A stretch of DNA of 64,000 nt, taken from NCBI GenBank assembly GCA_963674595.2, contig CAXXFV010000004.1, positions 256,001 through 320,000 on the forward strand. Reading direction: 5' to 3'. A model generated the notes under the pieces. The model saw only the letters and a program-made list of their open reading frames with translations. It was not told the origin of the DNA and made no database searches. Positions 10,092-20,471 of this stretch are shown here, in pieces (position 1 is the first letter of the stretch; each line of letters starts with the position of its first letter). Both the position numbers and the translations under genes were made by a program. This DNA is from a bacterium (GTDB taxonomy: Bacteria > Zhuqueibacterota > Zhuqueibacteria > Residuimicrobiales > Krinioviventaceae).

Positions 10092-11126
10092 TTATTTTGG
10101 ATGCCCTACAAGACAGCCCAGGGTTTCAGCCATAAATGTAACAAGGGCAACAATTTTGGCATAGGGCATTCTTGTCGGCCCTATAACGCCTATTGTTCCC
10201 TCAACATCATCAATTTGGTAGGTCGTTGCAATAAGACTGCAATTTTTCATCAAAATTTCTTTATTTTCATCGCCAATAACTATGGAAATACCTTCGGTTC
10301 CAAAATCATCCAGGATTTGGATAAGTATATCCTTCCTGTCCAACAGTTCTAAAATTTTACCAACTTTCTCTTTATTTTCAAACTCTGGCTGCGCGATAAC
10401 GTTTTTTGCACCAGAAAAATAAAAATCACTTTTGGAACTGAAATCTGAAAAATCAGAAACTTTTTTACCTATTGCATCGACAACACTTTTACTTTTTACA
10501 TCAATATCGGAAAAACGGCTTACCAGAGATTCACTCAACTCTTTGATTTGTAATCCGTACAGCCTTTCGTTTAAAATTTCCGAAACAGTTCGCAGTAAAT
10601 TATCCGGGATAACCTGCTCAATTTCTACCAGAACAGTTTTCACAAACCCGGATTGTATTCCAATAACAAATAATACTTTATCACTTGAAATGGAAACAAG
10701 ATCTACCTTTTGAATAATACCCTTTTTAAAACGCGGTGCAAGAATAACACCTAACTGACTTGAGATATTACCCAAAACTTCACTGGCTTTACTAACAATG
10801 GAATCAACATCTCTTGAAAAATGATTTAGTTCGTTAACAATAGCTCGTTTTTCTGTAAGTGTAAGCTTGACTCTCCCCATCATGCTGTTAACATATTGAC
10901 GGTATCCAGAATCGGTAGGCACTCGGCCAGCAGAAGCATGAGGTTGTAAAATCAAACCCATCTCTTCCAGGTCAACCATAACATTTCTGACAGTTGCCGG
11001 ACTGATGTTTAAATTGTAGTGTTTTGACAAATAGCGAGAACCGACAGGTTCTGCTGTTTGTATAAAACCGTGTACAATTGATAAAAAAACTTGTCGCTCT
11101 CTTTCAGTGAGCTTGTCAACATCCAT
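10092..11126 (-). CDS. hrcA: Heat-inducible transcription repressor HrcA
   Basis: EPVGS, SPATVRN.M..LE..G, QPHASAGRVPT..GYR and GVIGPTRM.Y motifs. Confidence 0.96.
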   Translation of the reverse strand: MDVDKLTERERQVFLSIVHGFIQTAEPVGSRYLSKHYNLNISPATVRNVMVDLEEMGLILQPHASAGRVPTDSGYRQYVNSMMGRVKLTLTEKRAIVNELNHFSRDVDSIVSKASEVLGNISSQLGVILAPRFKKGIIQKVDLVSISSDKVLFVIGIQSGFVKTVLVEIEQVIPDNLLRTVSEILNERLYGLQIKELSESLVSRFSDIDVKSKSVVDAIGKKVSDFSDFSSKSDFYFSGAKNVIAQPEFENKEKVGKILELLDRKDILIQILDDFGTEGISIVIGDENKEILMKNCSLIATTYQIDDVEGTIGVIGPTRMPYAKIVALVTFMAETLGCLVGHPK

Positions 11127-11170
11127 GTTTATTAGAAAATAATTAATAGGTTATTACAAAATTAATGTTA

Positions 11171-11199
11171 AAAATAACGATTTTTATTAGTGTTGTCAA
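11171..11199 (-). promoter_or_regulatory. Putative sigma70 promoter of hrcA operon
   Basis: Minus strand TTGACA-17 nt-TATTTT. Confidence 0.55.
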
Positions 11200-11244
11200 G
11201 AAAAATTTAGCTAACGGAATTACTAATAAAAACAATATACTACA

Positions 11245-12096
11245 TTATAAAAATTTCTTAATTGCGAACAAACTTCCGGTTAATCCAAACACCAAGCCGG
11301 CAACGATAATAACACTCATTTGTTTAAAAGTAACAACCAGCAATCCGGGATAGTAATAGTGAATCAGGGAATTGAGCCCATATAAGGCACTAAAAGCAAT
11401 AATGCCACCTATTAATCCCTGCAAAACACCTTCTATTATATAAGGCCTTCGGATAAAGGATTCTTTTGCCCCAACCAGCTTCATTGTTTTGATAATATGC
11501 TGCCTTGCATGGATGATAAGACGAATGGTGTTTGAAACGACAAAAAACGATCCTAAAAACACTATAACAAAAATAATGGAATTAACAATTGTAGCAATTT
11601 TGGAAAACTTGGACAAAACTCCGAGTTCAAAACTCGGGTAAACAATTTCATCTATTCCGGGAAGCGATTTCAGTTCATTTGTCAGATTTTTTACATATTT
11701 TAAAGAACGATAGTCCTTTTTTATTTTTACAATAAAACTTGAGGGTAATGGGTTATCTTCCAAAAGGATAAACAGGTCCTCACCAAACTCTTTTTCCAGT
11801 TCTTTGGCCGCAATATCCTTTGACATAAACTCCACATTTTCAACAACTTCATAGGCCAAAATTTTTGCTCCCAGGTCCGCAACGGCCTGATCATCCATGG
11901 TATTGGATATAAACAGTTGTATATCTATTTTAGCGTTTAAAACTTGTATCAACCTGTTCACGTTTAAGGAAAGGAGCCCAAAAAAGCCAACAATAAACAA
12001 TAAAAAAGCAATTGTAAAAATACTCATAATGCTGGAAAACCTGGCCCGCTTAAAACCTTCGAATGCTTCCTGAATACTATATAGGTAACTTTTCAT
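11245..12096 (-). CDS. ftsX: Cell division permease FtsX
   Basis: Four-TM layout with NPLP, VSNTIRL and MKLVGA...FIRRP..IEG motifs. Confidence 0.93.
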   Translation of the reverse strand: MKSYLYSIQEAFEGFKRARFSSIMSIFTIAFLLFIVGFFGLLSLNVNRLIQVLNAKIDIQLFISNTMDDQAVADLGAKILAYEVVENVEFMSKDIAAKELEKEFGEDLFILLEDNPLPSSFIVKIKKDYRSLKYVKNLTNELKSLPGIDEIVYPSFELGVLSKFSKIATIVNSIIFVIVFLGSFFVVSNTIRLIIHARQHIIKTMKLVGAKESFIRRPYIIEGVLQGLIGGIIAFSALYGLNSLIHYYYPGLLVVTFKQMSVIIVAGLVFGLTGSLFAIKKFL

Positions 12097-12099
12097 ATC

Positions 12100-12747
12100 T
12101 TACACCATTCGGCCGTTTCGAATATTTATTATTCGTCCACCATTTTGTTTTGCCAAATCAGAATTATGGGTTGCCATTAATATACAAGTTCCACGCGCAT
12201 TGATACGCTTTAATACATCAATTATTCCGTTAGCCGTCAAACTATCCAGATTTCCGGTAGGTTCGTCAGCTAAAAGGACATAGGGCTCATTAACAATGGC
12301 CCTGGCAATGGCTACACGCTGCTGTTCACCGCCGGAAAGTTCATGTGGAAATTTTCTGGATTTATGGCTTAGTCCAACATCAGCCAATGCCCGAAGCACT
12401 CTTCTTTTAATTTCCTTACTTCTTTTTCCAATTACTTCCAAACTAAAGGAGACATTTTTAAAAACGTCTCTGTCATCCAATAATTTAAAATCCTGAAAGA
12501 CTATTCCCAGCTTACGACGCAGAAAGGGAATCTCTTTTTTCTTTATATATAGAGAATTATATTGTTCAACAACAACCTGGCCTTCAACCGGCACAATGTC
12601 CATATAAATACTTTTTAAAATAGTTGATTTACCGGCGCCACTAGGGCCCACCAAAAAGATAAACTCTCCCGGCGACACTTTAAAAGTAATGTGCGAGACA
12701 CCTTCCCCTGTCGGATATTTTATTCGTACGTTTTGAAGTTCTATCAT
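12100..12747 (-). CDS. ftsE: Cell division ATP-binding protein FtsE
   Basis: GPSGAGKST, IPFLRRKLGIVFQDFKLL and LSGGEQQRV motifs. Adjacent to ftsX. Confidence 0.95.
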   Translation of the reverse strand: MIELQNVRIKYPTGEGVSHITFKVSPGEFIFLVGPSGAGKSTILKSIYMDIVPVEGQVVVEQYNSLYIKKKEIPFLRRKLGIVFQDFKLLDDRDVFKNVSFSLEVIGKRSKEIKRRVLRALADVGLSHKSRKFPHELSGGEQQRVAIARAIVNEPYVLLADEPTGNLDSLTANGIIDVLKRINARGTCILMATHNSDLAKQNGGRIINIRNGRMV

Positions 12748-12751
12748 AACT

Positions 12752-13510
12752 CTATTCTTTTTTCAGAACCAGATGGATCCTTTCCGACTTTTCAACTGCT
12801 GGCTGAAAAGTAAAATTTCTATAACAACCAACCAGGCTGAAATTTGTATCATCAATCAGTGATTTAACATTTTCAAGTGATCGGATTCTCTGCTGATGTG
12901 TTTCACAAAAAATAGTTTGAGGAAATTCATTTAACTGTATTTCAAAATAATTAATCTGAATTTGATCATCCTTTTTAAAATAACTCTTGCGATAATAAGA
13001 TGCATTATAAAACTCTTCACGTTGTACATAATTTTTAAAAATATATATCGAATTGTATAATGTGCTTACATCAAAAATAAAGAGTCCGTCTTTTTGTAAA
13101 ATATCATAAACATTTTCAAAACACTCTACCCAATCTTTATCATCTAAAAGATAGTTCATACTATCATATAATGATACCACAATATTCACTTTTTTATGCA
13201 GGCTGGGGCGTTTCATATCCGCGCACCAAAAAAGGATAGAATTATCGTGCATCTCTTGAGCGGTTTTAACCATTTTCGAGGAGCTATCGCACCCCATTAC
13301 CGAATAACCATAACGCTCTAAAAAATCGCATAAATTACCTGTTCCACATGAAATATCAAGAACATTTTCAACATTCATTAAATTGCGTTTTGCTATTTTG
13401 GCAATATAATTGGCCCAAAGTTCATAATTTACATGACTCATAACCTGATCATAAATATTCGCCAATATCGAATAGGGCGCTACTTGTTTTTTTTCTTTTC
13501 GATTTAACAT
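12752..13510 (-). CDS. Class I SAM-dependent methyltransferase
   Basis: VLDISCGTG, DSMNYL and GLFIFD motifs. Confidence 0.85.
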   Translation of the reverse strand: MLNRKEKKQVAPYSILANIYDQVMSHVNYELWANYIAKIAKRNLMNVENVLDISCGTGNLCDFLERYGYSVMGCDSSSKMVKTAQEMHDNSILFWCADMKRPSLHKKVNIVVSLYDSMNYLLDDKDWVECFENVYDILQKDGLFIFDVSTLYNSIYIFKNYVQREEFYNASYYRKSYFKKDDQIQINYFEIQLNEFPQTIFCETHQQRIRSLENVKSLIDDTNFSLVGCYRNFTFQPAVEKSERIHLVLKKE

Positions 13511-13911
13511 TCGACAATTTTTACCAAATATTTTCGGTTACGGGCGCCGTCAAATTCACAAAAATACAAGGATTGCCAGGTTCCCATGGCCAACCTTCCA
13601 TTTTCAATAATCAAAGTAATGGATGGCCCGACAAGCGTGGTTTTTATATGAGCAGCAGAATTGCCTTCATAATGAGCATAGGAATCATTAAAAGGAATGA
13701 CTTTATTCAACTCCATGATCATATCCCGTACCACATCCGGATCAGCATTTTCATTTATCGTAACACCGGCAGTTGTATGAGGTACAAAAACAACACACAA
13801 TCCGTTTTGTACACCGCTTTTTTCTACCAGACTATTAACCTGGCTATCAATATTAATCATCTGAACTCTTTGTGACGTACGGATTGAAATATGGTGAACA
13901 TTCACAGGCAT
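13504..13911 (-). CDS. yjbQ: YjbQ/UPF0047 family protein
   Basis: HTTAG.TINENADPDV, H.EGNS.AHIK, GTWQ and EFDG motifs. GGAGG precedes ATG 13911. Confidence 0.9.
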   Translation of the reverse strand: MPVNVHHISIRTSQRVQMINIDSQVNSLVEKSGVQNGLCVVFVPHTTAGVTINENADPDVVRDMIMELNKVIPFNDSYAHYEGNSAAHIKTTLVGPSITLIIENGRLAMGTWQSLYFCEFDGARNRKYLVKIVEC

Positions 13912-13993
13912 AATCCTCCAGCTAATTTTTATCAAATTTAATCAATATAAGGGCATAAATCAACAAGTATGATACTGAAATTAATGTTTATTT

Positions 13994-15277
13994 TCAGGTT
14001 TTAAGCTTTTTCTTCCTGGCCGCAGGAAAAAGAATATTGTTTAAAATCAGCCGATAGCCTGGTGAGTTTTTGTGAAGTGATAATTGTGTATGTGGATCGT
14101 TGACAAAATGTTGATAATCCTCCGGATCATGTCCGCCATAAAAAGTAAATGTTCCTTTGCCCTGATTACCATGCAGGTATTTAATCTGATTTGTGTTTTC
14201 AGCCTGTCCCAGAATGACAACGGTTTTTTTCAGATTATTACGATTAAACCCGGTCGTCTGTCCCATAAATCCTTTTACAACAGACACATGATTTTGTGTA
14301 AGCATAGTAGGAACAGGATCATATTTTGCTGAAAATTCAAACAAGGTAAAATATTCTGCTTCTGCACCTCTTAATGCCGGTGCATAACTGGGAGGAATAT
14401 CAATCGAAGAATATTCATATAACATCGGATTTAGTTCCAATGTAAAATTTTCGAATGCCAGGCATTTTGAAAAATCGAGTTTACCCTGAGCATGGCCATC
14501 AGGCGGATCACCGTCAAACATATCAGCAACAACATCAACATTTTCTGCCGCCAAAGCTATATCAAATGTATCCGTTGCTGAACACATAGCAAAAAGGAAA
14601 CCACCGTTTTGCACAAATTTTTTTATAGTTCTGGCAACAGCCTTTTTTAATTCAGAGACTTTGGTAAATCCCATTTTATGTGCCATTGCCTGGTTTTTTT
14701 CAACCTGGTCTTTATACCAATCGGTATTTCTATAATTAGCATAAAATTTTCCATATTGACCGGTAAAATCCTCATGATGCAAATGCAGCCAATCATATTC
14801 TTCCAGCCGGCCTTCCAAAACCTTGTCATCCCATAATAAATCGTGCGGTATTTGGGCGTATTCCAAGGCCAGCAAAACAGCATCGTCCCAGGCCTGTTTA
14901 CTGGGTGGTGCATAAATAGCAATTTTAGGCGCTTTTTCCAAAAGAATAACGTCCATGTTTTCCTGTTCGATTTTAGCATATATTTGAGAGGCATCCGAAC
15001 CTGAAATCATGTCAAAGGAAACGCCCCGAACCCTTAATTCACGTTCAACAGCCGGATAGTGGTCCATCATAAAAGACCCGCCGCGATAATTTAACAACCA
15101 TTCTACATTAATACTATGTTCCAGGGCCCAAAAAGCAATTCCATAGGCTTTCAGATGGTCTTCCTGCTTTAAATCCATATATATTAATAATTTTTGAGAA
15201 AAACCAACGGAATAGGTGGATAATAAAAATCCGATAATCACCATTAATAATATTCTAATTTTCAAAAACATTTTCAA
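13994..15277 (-). CDS. Conserved secreted protein with class I GATase-like Cys elbow (family often mislabelled 'asparagine synthetase B' in Bacteroidota)
   Basis: Signal peptide; HLKAYG, WLLNYRGGSF, WLHLHHEDFTGQYGKF, GGFLFAMCSATD and GGHDPEDY motifs. Confidence 0.7.
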   Translation of the reverse strand: MKMFLKIRILLMVIIGFLLSTYSVGFSQKLLIYMDLKQEDHLKAYGIAFWALEHSINVEWLLNYRGGSFMMDHYPAVERELRVRGVSFDMISGSDASQIYAKIEQENMDVILLEKAPKIAIYAPPSKQAWDDAVLLALEYAQIPHDLLWDDKVLEGRLEEYDWLHLHHEDFTGQYGKFYANYRNTDWYKDQVEKNQAMAHKMGFTKVSELKKAVARTIKKFVQNGGFLFAMCSATDTFDIALAAENVDVVADMFDGDPPDGHAQGKLDFSKCLAFENFTLELNPMLYEYSSIDIPPSYAPALRGAEAEYFTLFEFSAKYDPVPTMLTQNHVSVVKGFMGQTTGFNRNNLKKTVVILGQAENTNQIKYLHGNQGKGTFTFYGGHDPEDYQHFVNDPHTQLSLHKNSPGYRLILNNILFPAARKKKLKT

Positions 15278-17124
15278 TTCCCTGATTCTATTTCCCGAAT
15301 ACGCTCACGGGCATATTCCAAATATATACTTGCCGGAAAATCGGTTAATAAAAGTTCATAATTTTTAACAGCCAGGGCTTTGTCCTTGATTTGAAAATCA
15401 TAAACTTTGGCTATTTCTACAAGGGCCATGTCCTGTAATATACTGTCCTCATTTGAATATATTTTATTCAAAAGTGCCAAACTCTTTGAGGATTCACCTT
15501 TTTTTATATATAAATCTGATAATAAAAGATAAAAATCTTCATTTAGCATGGAATAAGAATTTTCAGTTAAATAATTTTCTATTATATGAATAGCAGAATC
15601 CTGCTGATTTTGAAAAAGGAGCAGTTGTACATTTCCCATTGTTGATAATGCAAGCGTGTCTGATTGGTTTTCGAACAACATGGACTGTAACTCAAGGGCA
15701 TCGTTGTCAACAGTTTTGGAATAATCCTGCTGTCTGGAATTAAATCGATCTTCAAAAGCTTTTAAAGATTCCAAAGCCTCGTGTGGTTTTTGTTGATAAA
15801 AGGACAATTCAGCCAGTTTATATTGTGACTGCCAATATTCCTCTCCCCTTTGGTTGTGAAACAAATTTTTAATATTATTCAGGTACTTTTTTGCCATTTT
15901 AAATTGATTTAGCTGCAAAGCGCAATTGCTCAGGTTAAAATAAGCTTGAGCTAAATAGGTAACACTTGGTCGCTTGTCCAACATACGTTTATAAACATCG
16001 GCTGCCGTTTCATAATCGCCCAGGGAATACCATATATCACCAATTCGCAAAAATGCCTGCATGGCTTCCATCGCATTTGGAAATTCTTTAATAAAAGATT
16101 CATAGGCTTGAATGGCAAGATTATATTTTTCCTGCTTTTCTAAAATATATGCCAAACCCAGTTTTGACTGGTGCATAAAAGGCCCGGCAGGTAAATTGTT
16201 AATGATATAACGATAGGCTTGTTCCGCATATTGAATCGAGTTGTTTCTGATGGCGGTATTGGCAAACTGAAATAAATACTGACCGGCAAGATATTTTTCC
16301 TTTAATTCCTTGGTGGATTGTTTTGCTAAATAATTCTCCAGGAAAACCAGGTTTGTAAAAGCCTGTTCATAATTTCCGGTAATTGTATAAAGATAACCCA
16401 GTAATTGTTTTCGAATCCATTCCGTTTCCGGTGTAAGCTGGATCTTTTTTTCCAGAGTTTCAAAAACTATTTTCTGAACTTTTGGTTCATTAATGATCTG
16501 GGCAAACCTGGATTGGATAAACGATATTTGACCGGGATATTTTTGGACATATTTTACATATTCAAAAACTAAAAGTTCATACTTTTCCGTTTGCTGATAA
16601 ATAGCAGCCAGTTCAAAGATAAATAAATCCTGATTTTTTATCTTTTTCCGTCCGGTTAAGAATAAATTTAAAGCTTTTTTATACATTTTATTATTTAAAT
16701 AAAATCGTCCGGCCAGTGTATAAGCTTCAATATTTGTGGAATTATCGGTGATCGTACTTTCCAAAAGCTGCATGGCTTTTTGTTCTTCACCCTTTAAATA
16801 ACTTATTTCTGCCAAATCAATTTCAAAACGAACATGGCGATAACTTTTCTTTAGATTATATATTAATTGCTCTAATTTTGAATAATCATTCAAATTCAGT
16901 AAACAACGCTTTGCACTGATATAGGCAGATATATCGTGCGGATTTTCATCACATAATGAAATATAAATATCCGCAGCCAAATCGTATCTTTTTGCACGTT
17001 CATATTGGCTTGCCAAACGTCTTTTATTATCGTTATTTTGTTTGGAAAAAGTTTGCGCGGCACAAAAAGAGATTTGAGCACACAAAATAATAAAAATTAT
17101 ATTATTGAGAATTCTGGACCGCAT
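15274..17124 (-). CDS. Periplasmic TPR-repeat protein
   Basis: Signal peptide and many TPRs. C-terminal YELLLTDFP.S.Y...AR resembles BamD/YbgF-type repeats. Confidence 0.8.
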   Translation of the reverse strand: MRSRILNNIIFIILCAQISFCAAQTFSKQNNDNKRRLASQYERAKRYDLAADIYISLCDENPHDISAYISAKRCLLNLNDYSKLEQLIYNLKKSYRHVRFEIDLAEISYLKGEEQKAMQLLESTITDNSTNIEAYTLAGRFYLNNKMYKKALNLFLTGRKKIKNQDLFIFELAAIYQQTEKYELLVFEYVKYVQKYPGQISFIQSRFAQIINEPKVQKIVFETLEKKIQLTPETEWIRKQLLGYLYTITGNYEQAFTNLVFLENYLAKQSTKELKEKYLAGQYLFQFANTAIRNNSIQYAEQAYRYIINNLPAGPFMHQSKLGLAYILEKQEKYNLAIQAYESFIKEFPNAMEAMQAFLRIGDIWYSLGDYETAADVYKRMLDKRPSVTYLAQAYFNLSNCALQLNQFKMAKKYLNNIKNLFHNQRGEEYWQSQYKLAELSFYQQKPHEALESLKAFEDRFNSRQQDYSKTVDNDALELQSMLFENQSDTLALSTMGNVQLLLFQNQQDSAIHIIENYLTENSYSMLNEDFYLLLSDLYIKKGESSKSLALLNKIYSNEDSILQDMALVEIAKVYDFQIKDKALAVKNYELLLTDFPASIYLEYARERIREIESGN

Positions 17125-20100
17125 TTTTATTCAATGCCTCAAAATATTTTTTAACAAGTTCAAGATAATCTTTAGTATATCCTTCCTTTTTCGCTCTTAA
17201 AAGGTCCTGGTACAATTTGTTGCGTCGTTCACCCAAATCTTTTGGTAAATCATCAGGACTTTTAGCCAAATACTCCTTACCGGTTTCCGCTTTACGTTTA
17301 CGGCTGTATTCCCGTTCCCTTATAGACCGTTGAGCATCCAGCATACGGGACAATATTCTGTTTTGTCTTTCCAGGGTCATGCGCGTTACATTTTTATCAA
17401 CAAAATCTTTTTCCACTTTTTCCATATCATTTATAATAGCGTCCATATCTCCCAAAACATCCGAAACCTGTCCGGCCTCGTTCGCCAGTTCCTGCATGGA
17501 TTTTCGAATTCTGTTTTGTTCGGATGCCAATCGTGACATGGCAGCCTGCTGTGCCAGACTCATTTTACTTCCCAAGCCCATGGTTTGCTGATTAATACCT
17601 TGTTGACCTTTTGCAAGTTGCTGCATTTGGTCCATAAACTGCTGAAATCCCATCCCGGAAGGACTCTGGCCCTGCATCATACTCTGCAATGTAGATTGTA
17701 TTTGATGAACTGCCATATTAAGGGCTGCCATGGCAGATTTTTGGTCTGTTGCTGCATTAGTGGTTTTTCGCTCTTCCAGGGCACGTAATGAACTTTCCAT
17801 CTTTTCAAGAGATTGACCAAGGGCCCTGCTGGTCTTTGGTGAAACACTCATACTTTTTTTTGATGTTTCGAATAATAAATCTGTAATACGTTTCACACCG
17901 GATTGTATCTGATGTTGTTTTTCGGCTGTCTCTGTTACCTTGTCCATATTATTGGATAACTGGTTGGTTTCATCTATAAGCGATTCCTGCATTTTTGATA
18001 TTTGCGCCAGTTGTTTTTTGCTCTTCATCAAAGCCTGTGTGGTTTTTTTCTGCATCTCCCCATTCATCCGCTGCTTGGCATTCATCAATTGCATGCTTAT
18101 ATTTTGCATGGTTTGGATAGCCTTCATGGCTGACTTGGAAGCCTCCTGCATTTGTCCCTGCTGCATTTGATTTTGCATATTTTCAAGATTTTGCATATGC
18201 TGATCAGCATTCATCTGATCTGAGGCCTTTTTAACATCATCCTGCGGCATTGTCGGAAATTCTTTCATGTCCTGCTGCAATTCTTGCAGCAAATCAGATA
18301 AAGCCTGGGAATCGTTTTTCATTTGCTGTTGCTTTTGCATCGTTTTATTATCATCAGCTTTTTCATTTGCCATATCATTGCTTGCATTTTCAAGCTCATC
18401 TGAAATCTCTTTGGATAATTTTATAGCCTGGTCTAGTTTTTGTTCGATCTTTAATTTTTTTAAAAGAGAAATAGAACGTTCCAAACTCTTTTGAAACTCT
18501 TCTTCCGAGGTTTTAAACTCTTCCATTGCTTTTTGCATCATCTCCGGATCTATATCTTTCATACCTTCGGATATTTTTTTCATGGCCTCTTGCAGTTCAG
18601 GCGTCATTATATCTTTTAAGAGGTCCTGGAGCTGTTCATATTTTTCAAGGGTCTCCTTGGAAACCAGCTCGTTTTTCTCCATATTTTCAATCATTTCCTG
18701 AAAAATATCGGACATCTCTTTCAGTTCTTTTTGCATTTGCTTTTTATTTTCAAGCGCCTTTTCCAGCTCCTGCTGCTGCTGCCAGTCCATCTCTTTACTT
18801 TTATTCAGTTCACGGGCCAAATCATCCATTTTACTTTTTATTTCTTTACTTTTTTCATACATGTTTTCCATTTCATCAGCGGCTTTATCATGCTGATTTT
18901 CCAAAGATTGGTACATTTCAACAAGCGATGGAAAACGTGCCCGAAAAATTTTACTTTGACTAAATTTTGGTCCTGAAATATTATCATTATCATATACCCC
19001 GGCAAAATAAACCAAAACATCGGTCGGCAGCATTTCAGACTCTGTCAGGTCCCAGTTAAAATTAAAACTGGTTTTTAAATCGGGTTTGGATAATGGTAAT
19101 TGTGAAAAAATATAACGACTGCTATCGGGTTCTGTTTGACCAGGTGTTAGTACCTGATAGCCTAAAACCATTTTAGAAAGCCCAAAATCATCTTCTGCAC
19201 GAATAAGAAGGGGAATCTGCATCTCTTCGGTTAAATCGATATCTTTACCGGGAACAACTATTTCAATAAACGGATATTGGTCCACTAAAACACTTGCTCT
19301 ATATTTAATCGGATTTTGATTGGTAAACCCTTCAAAATCCAGCAATTTAAATGAATAAGTAATATTTTCCTGCAAAACAAAACGGCCATTAACCCGGTTA
19401 TCTTTGATATTTAATGGAACCGATTTGTTATTGCCGATTTCAACAGAGGCCGTATGCAAATTTTTGTTGGCAGAACCACTTATTTCAATAGAGGAACCTT
19501 TTAAGGCACTGAAATCGCCCACATTTTCTTCCAGTAAAAACGGCTGCAAACCAGAGTACGCCGGCGGGACCACTTTGAGTGTCAGGGACCGTAAGAGTGG
19601 AAACTCGTGAACTGAAACGGCATATACCTTCGATGTTTGTTTGCCGTATCGAAAAGCATAACGAAAAGAATCCCTTACTGTAGTAAATGTGTAACGAAAC
19701 GTATCGTCTTTTGTCAATTGCAGTTCAATGTCCTGTTGATATTTATCCTTCATTACCTGTAATATTAGGGATTCATCTTTTTGCTGATCCACAATACATT
19801 TTACTGTCAGGTCTTTTCCTTTTATCAACGTTGTATCCTTGGGCCATATTTGAAAATGAACAGGATCAACAAGCTGGTAGCTCGTCTTTGGATGAACAAG
19901 ACGTACAAAAGCAGGATTCAGGTGGTTAATCAAAACAGTATAAATAGACAGACAAACAATAAATGATATAATAAAAATACGAACGGCCTGATGAAATGGT
20001 CTTTTGTCTATTTTATTAGAGAATTTTTCATGTTCAAGCTTTTCTGAAACATTTAAAATAGCGGCTTCCAAAAGTGCAAGAGAATAATTTTCTTTATTGT

Positions 20101-20467
20101 CCTGACGCTTTTCATAAAGCTGTAAAGCATTTACAATTTTATCATCAATACCATTATAAAATTTTCCAACTTTGGCAGCAATTTTATAGAGTGAAGGATT
20201 ATGACGATTTAAAACACTTGCAACCGGCTGCAATAAAAAATAAAAAAAAGAAACGACGACACCGGTAACTGTTACAGCTAAAAGAATCCCTCGGATATTT
20301 GTGGAAAGTTTGAATAGAAATTCAATACCGCCAGAAAAGAGAGTTATCCACATTACTGTTACACAAAACCATAAAAACGCTTTGTAAAGCCTGTTTCTTT
20401 TTTCAGCATTTCGAAACTGGCCAAGTCTCTTTACAAGCAAGTGATATGTTGGATATTTGTTTTCCAT
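17102..20467 (-). CDS. Large membrane protein with Ig-like domains and long Met/Gln-rich coiled coil (DUF4175-like)
   Basis: Three N-terminal TMs; PPAYSG, DQYP and AEDDFGL motifs; Q/M-rich C-terminal half; terminal Y.ELVKKYFEAL. Confidence 0.72.
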   Translation of the reverse strand: MENKYPTYHLLVKRLGQFRNAEKRNRLYKAFLWFCVTVMWITLFSGGIEFLFKLSTNIRGILLAVTVTGVVVSFFYFLLQPVASVLNRHNPSLYKIAAKVGKFYNGIDDKIVNALQLYEKRQDNKENYSLALLEAAILNVSEKLEHEKFSNKIDKRPFHQAVRIFIISFIVCLSIYTVLINHLNPAFVRLVHPKTSYQLVDPVHFQIWPKDTTLIKGKDLTVKCIVDQQKDESLILQVMKDKYQQDIELQLTKDDTFRYTFTTVRDSFRYAFRYGKQTSKVYAVSVHEFPLLRSLTLKVVPPAYSGLQPFLLEENVGDFSALKGSSIEISGSANKNLHTASVEIGNNKSVPLNIKDNRVNGRFVLQENITYSFKLLDFEGFTNQNPIKYRASVLVDQYPFIEIVVPGKDIDLTEEMQIPLLIRAEDDFGLSKMVLGYQVLTPGQTEPDSSRYIFSQLPLSKPDLKTSFNFNWDLTESEMLPTDVLVYFAGVYDNDNISGPKFSQSKIFRARFPSLVEMYQSLENQHDKAADEMENMYEKSKEIKSKMDDLARELNKSKEMDWQQQQELEKALENKKQMQKELKEMSDIFQEMIENMEKNELVSKETLEKYEQLQDLLKDIMTPELQEAMKKISEGMKDIDPEMMQKAMEEFKTSEEEFQKSLERSISLLKKLKIEQKLDQAIKLSKEISDELENASNDMANEKADDNKTMQKQQQMKNDSQALSDLLQELQQDMKEFPTMPQDDVKKASDQMNADQHMQNLENMQNQMQQGQMQEASKSAMKAIQTMQNISMQLMNAKQRMNGEMQKKTTQALMKSKKQLAQISKMQESLIDETNQLSNNMDKVTETAEKQHQIQSGVKRITDLLFETSKKSMSVSPKTSRALGQSLEKMESSLRALEERKTTNAATDQKSAMAALNMAVHQIQSTLQSMMQGQSPSGMGFQQFMDQMQQLAKGQQGINQQTMGLGSKMSLAQQAAMSRLASEQNRIRKSMQELANEAGQVSDVLGDMDAIINDMEKVEKDFVDKNVTRMTLERQNRILSRMLDAQRSIREREYSRKRKAETGKEYLAKSPDDLPKDLGERRNKLYQDLLRAKKEGYTKDYLELVKKYFEALNKNAVQNSQ

Positions 20468-20471
20468 AATA

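Noticed and set aside
17330-19020. Many short opposite-strand ORFs and CTG/CAT-rich quasi-repeats
   Set aside because: These are shadows of the Gln/Met-rich coiled-coil coding sequence, not a repeat array or real genes.
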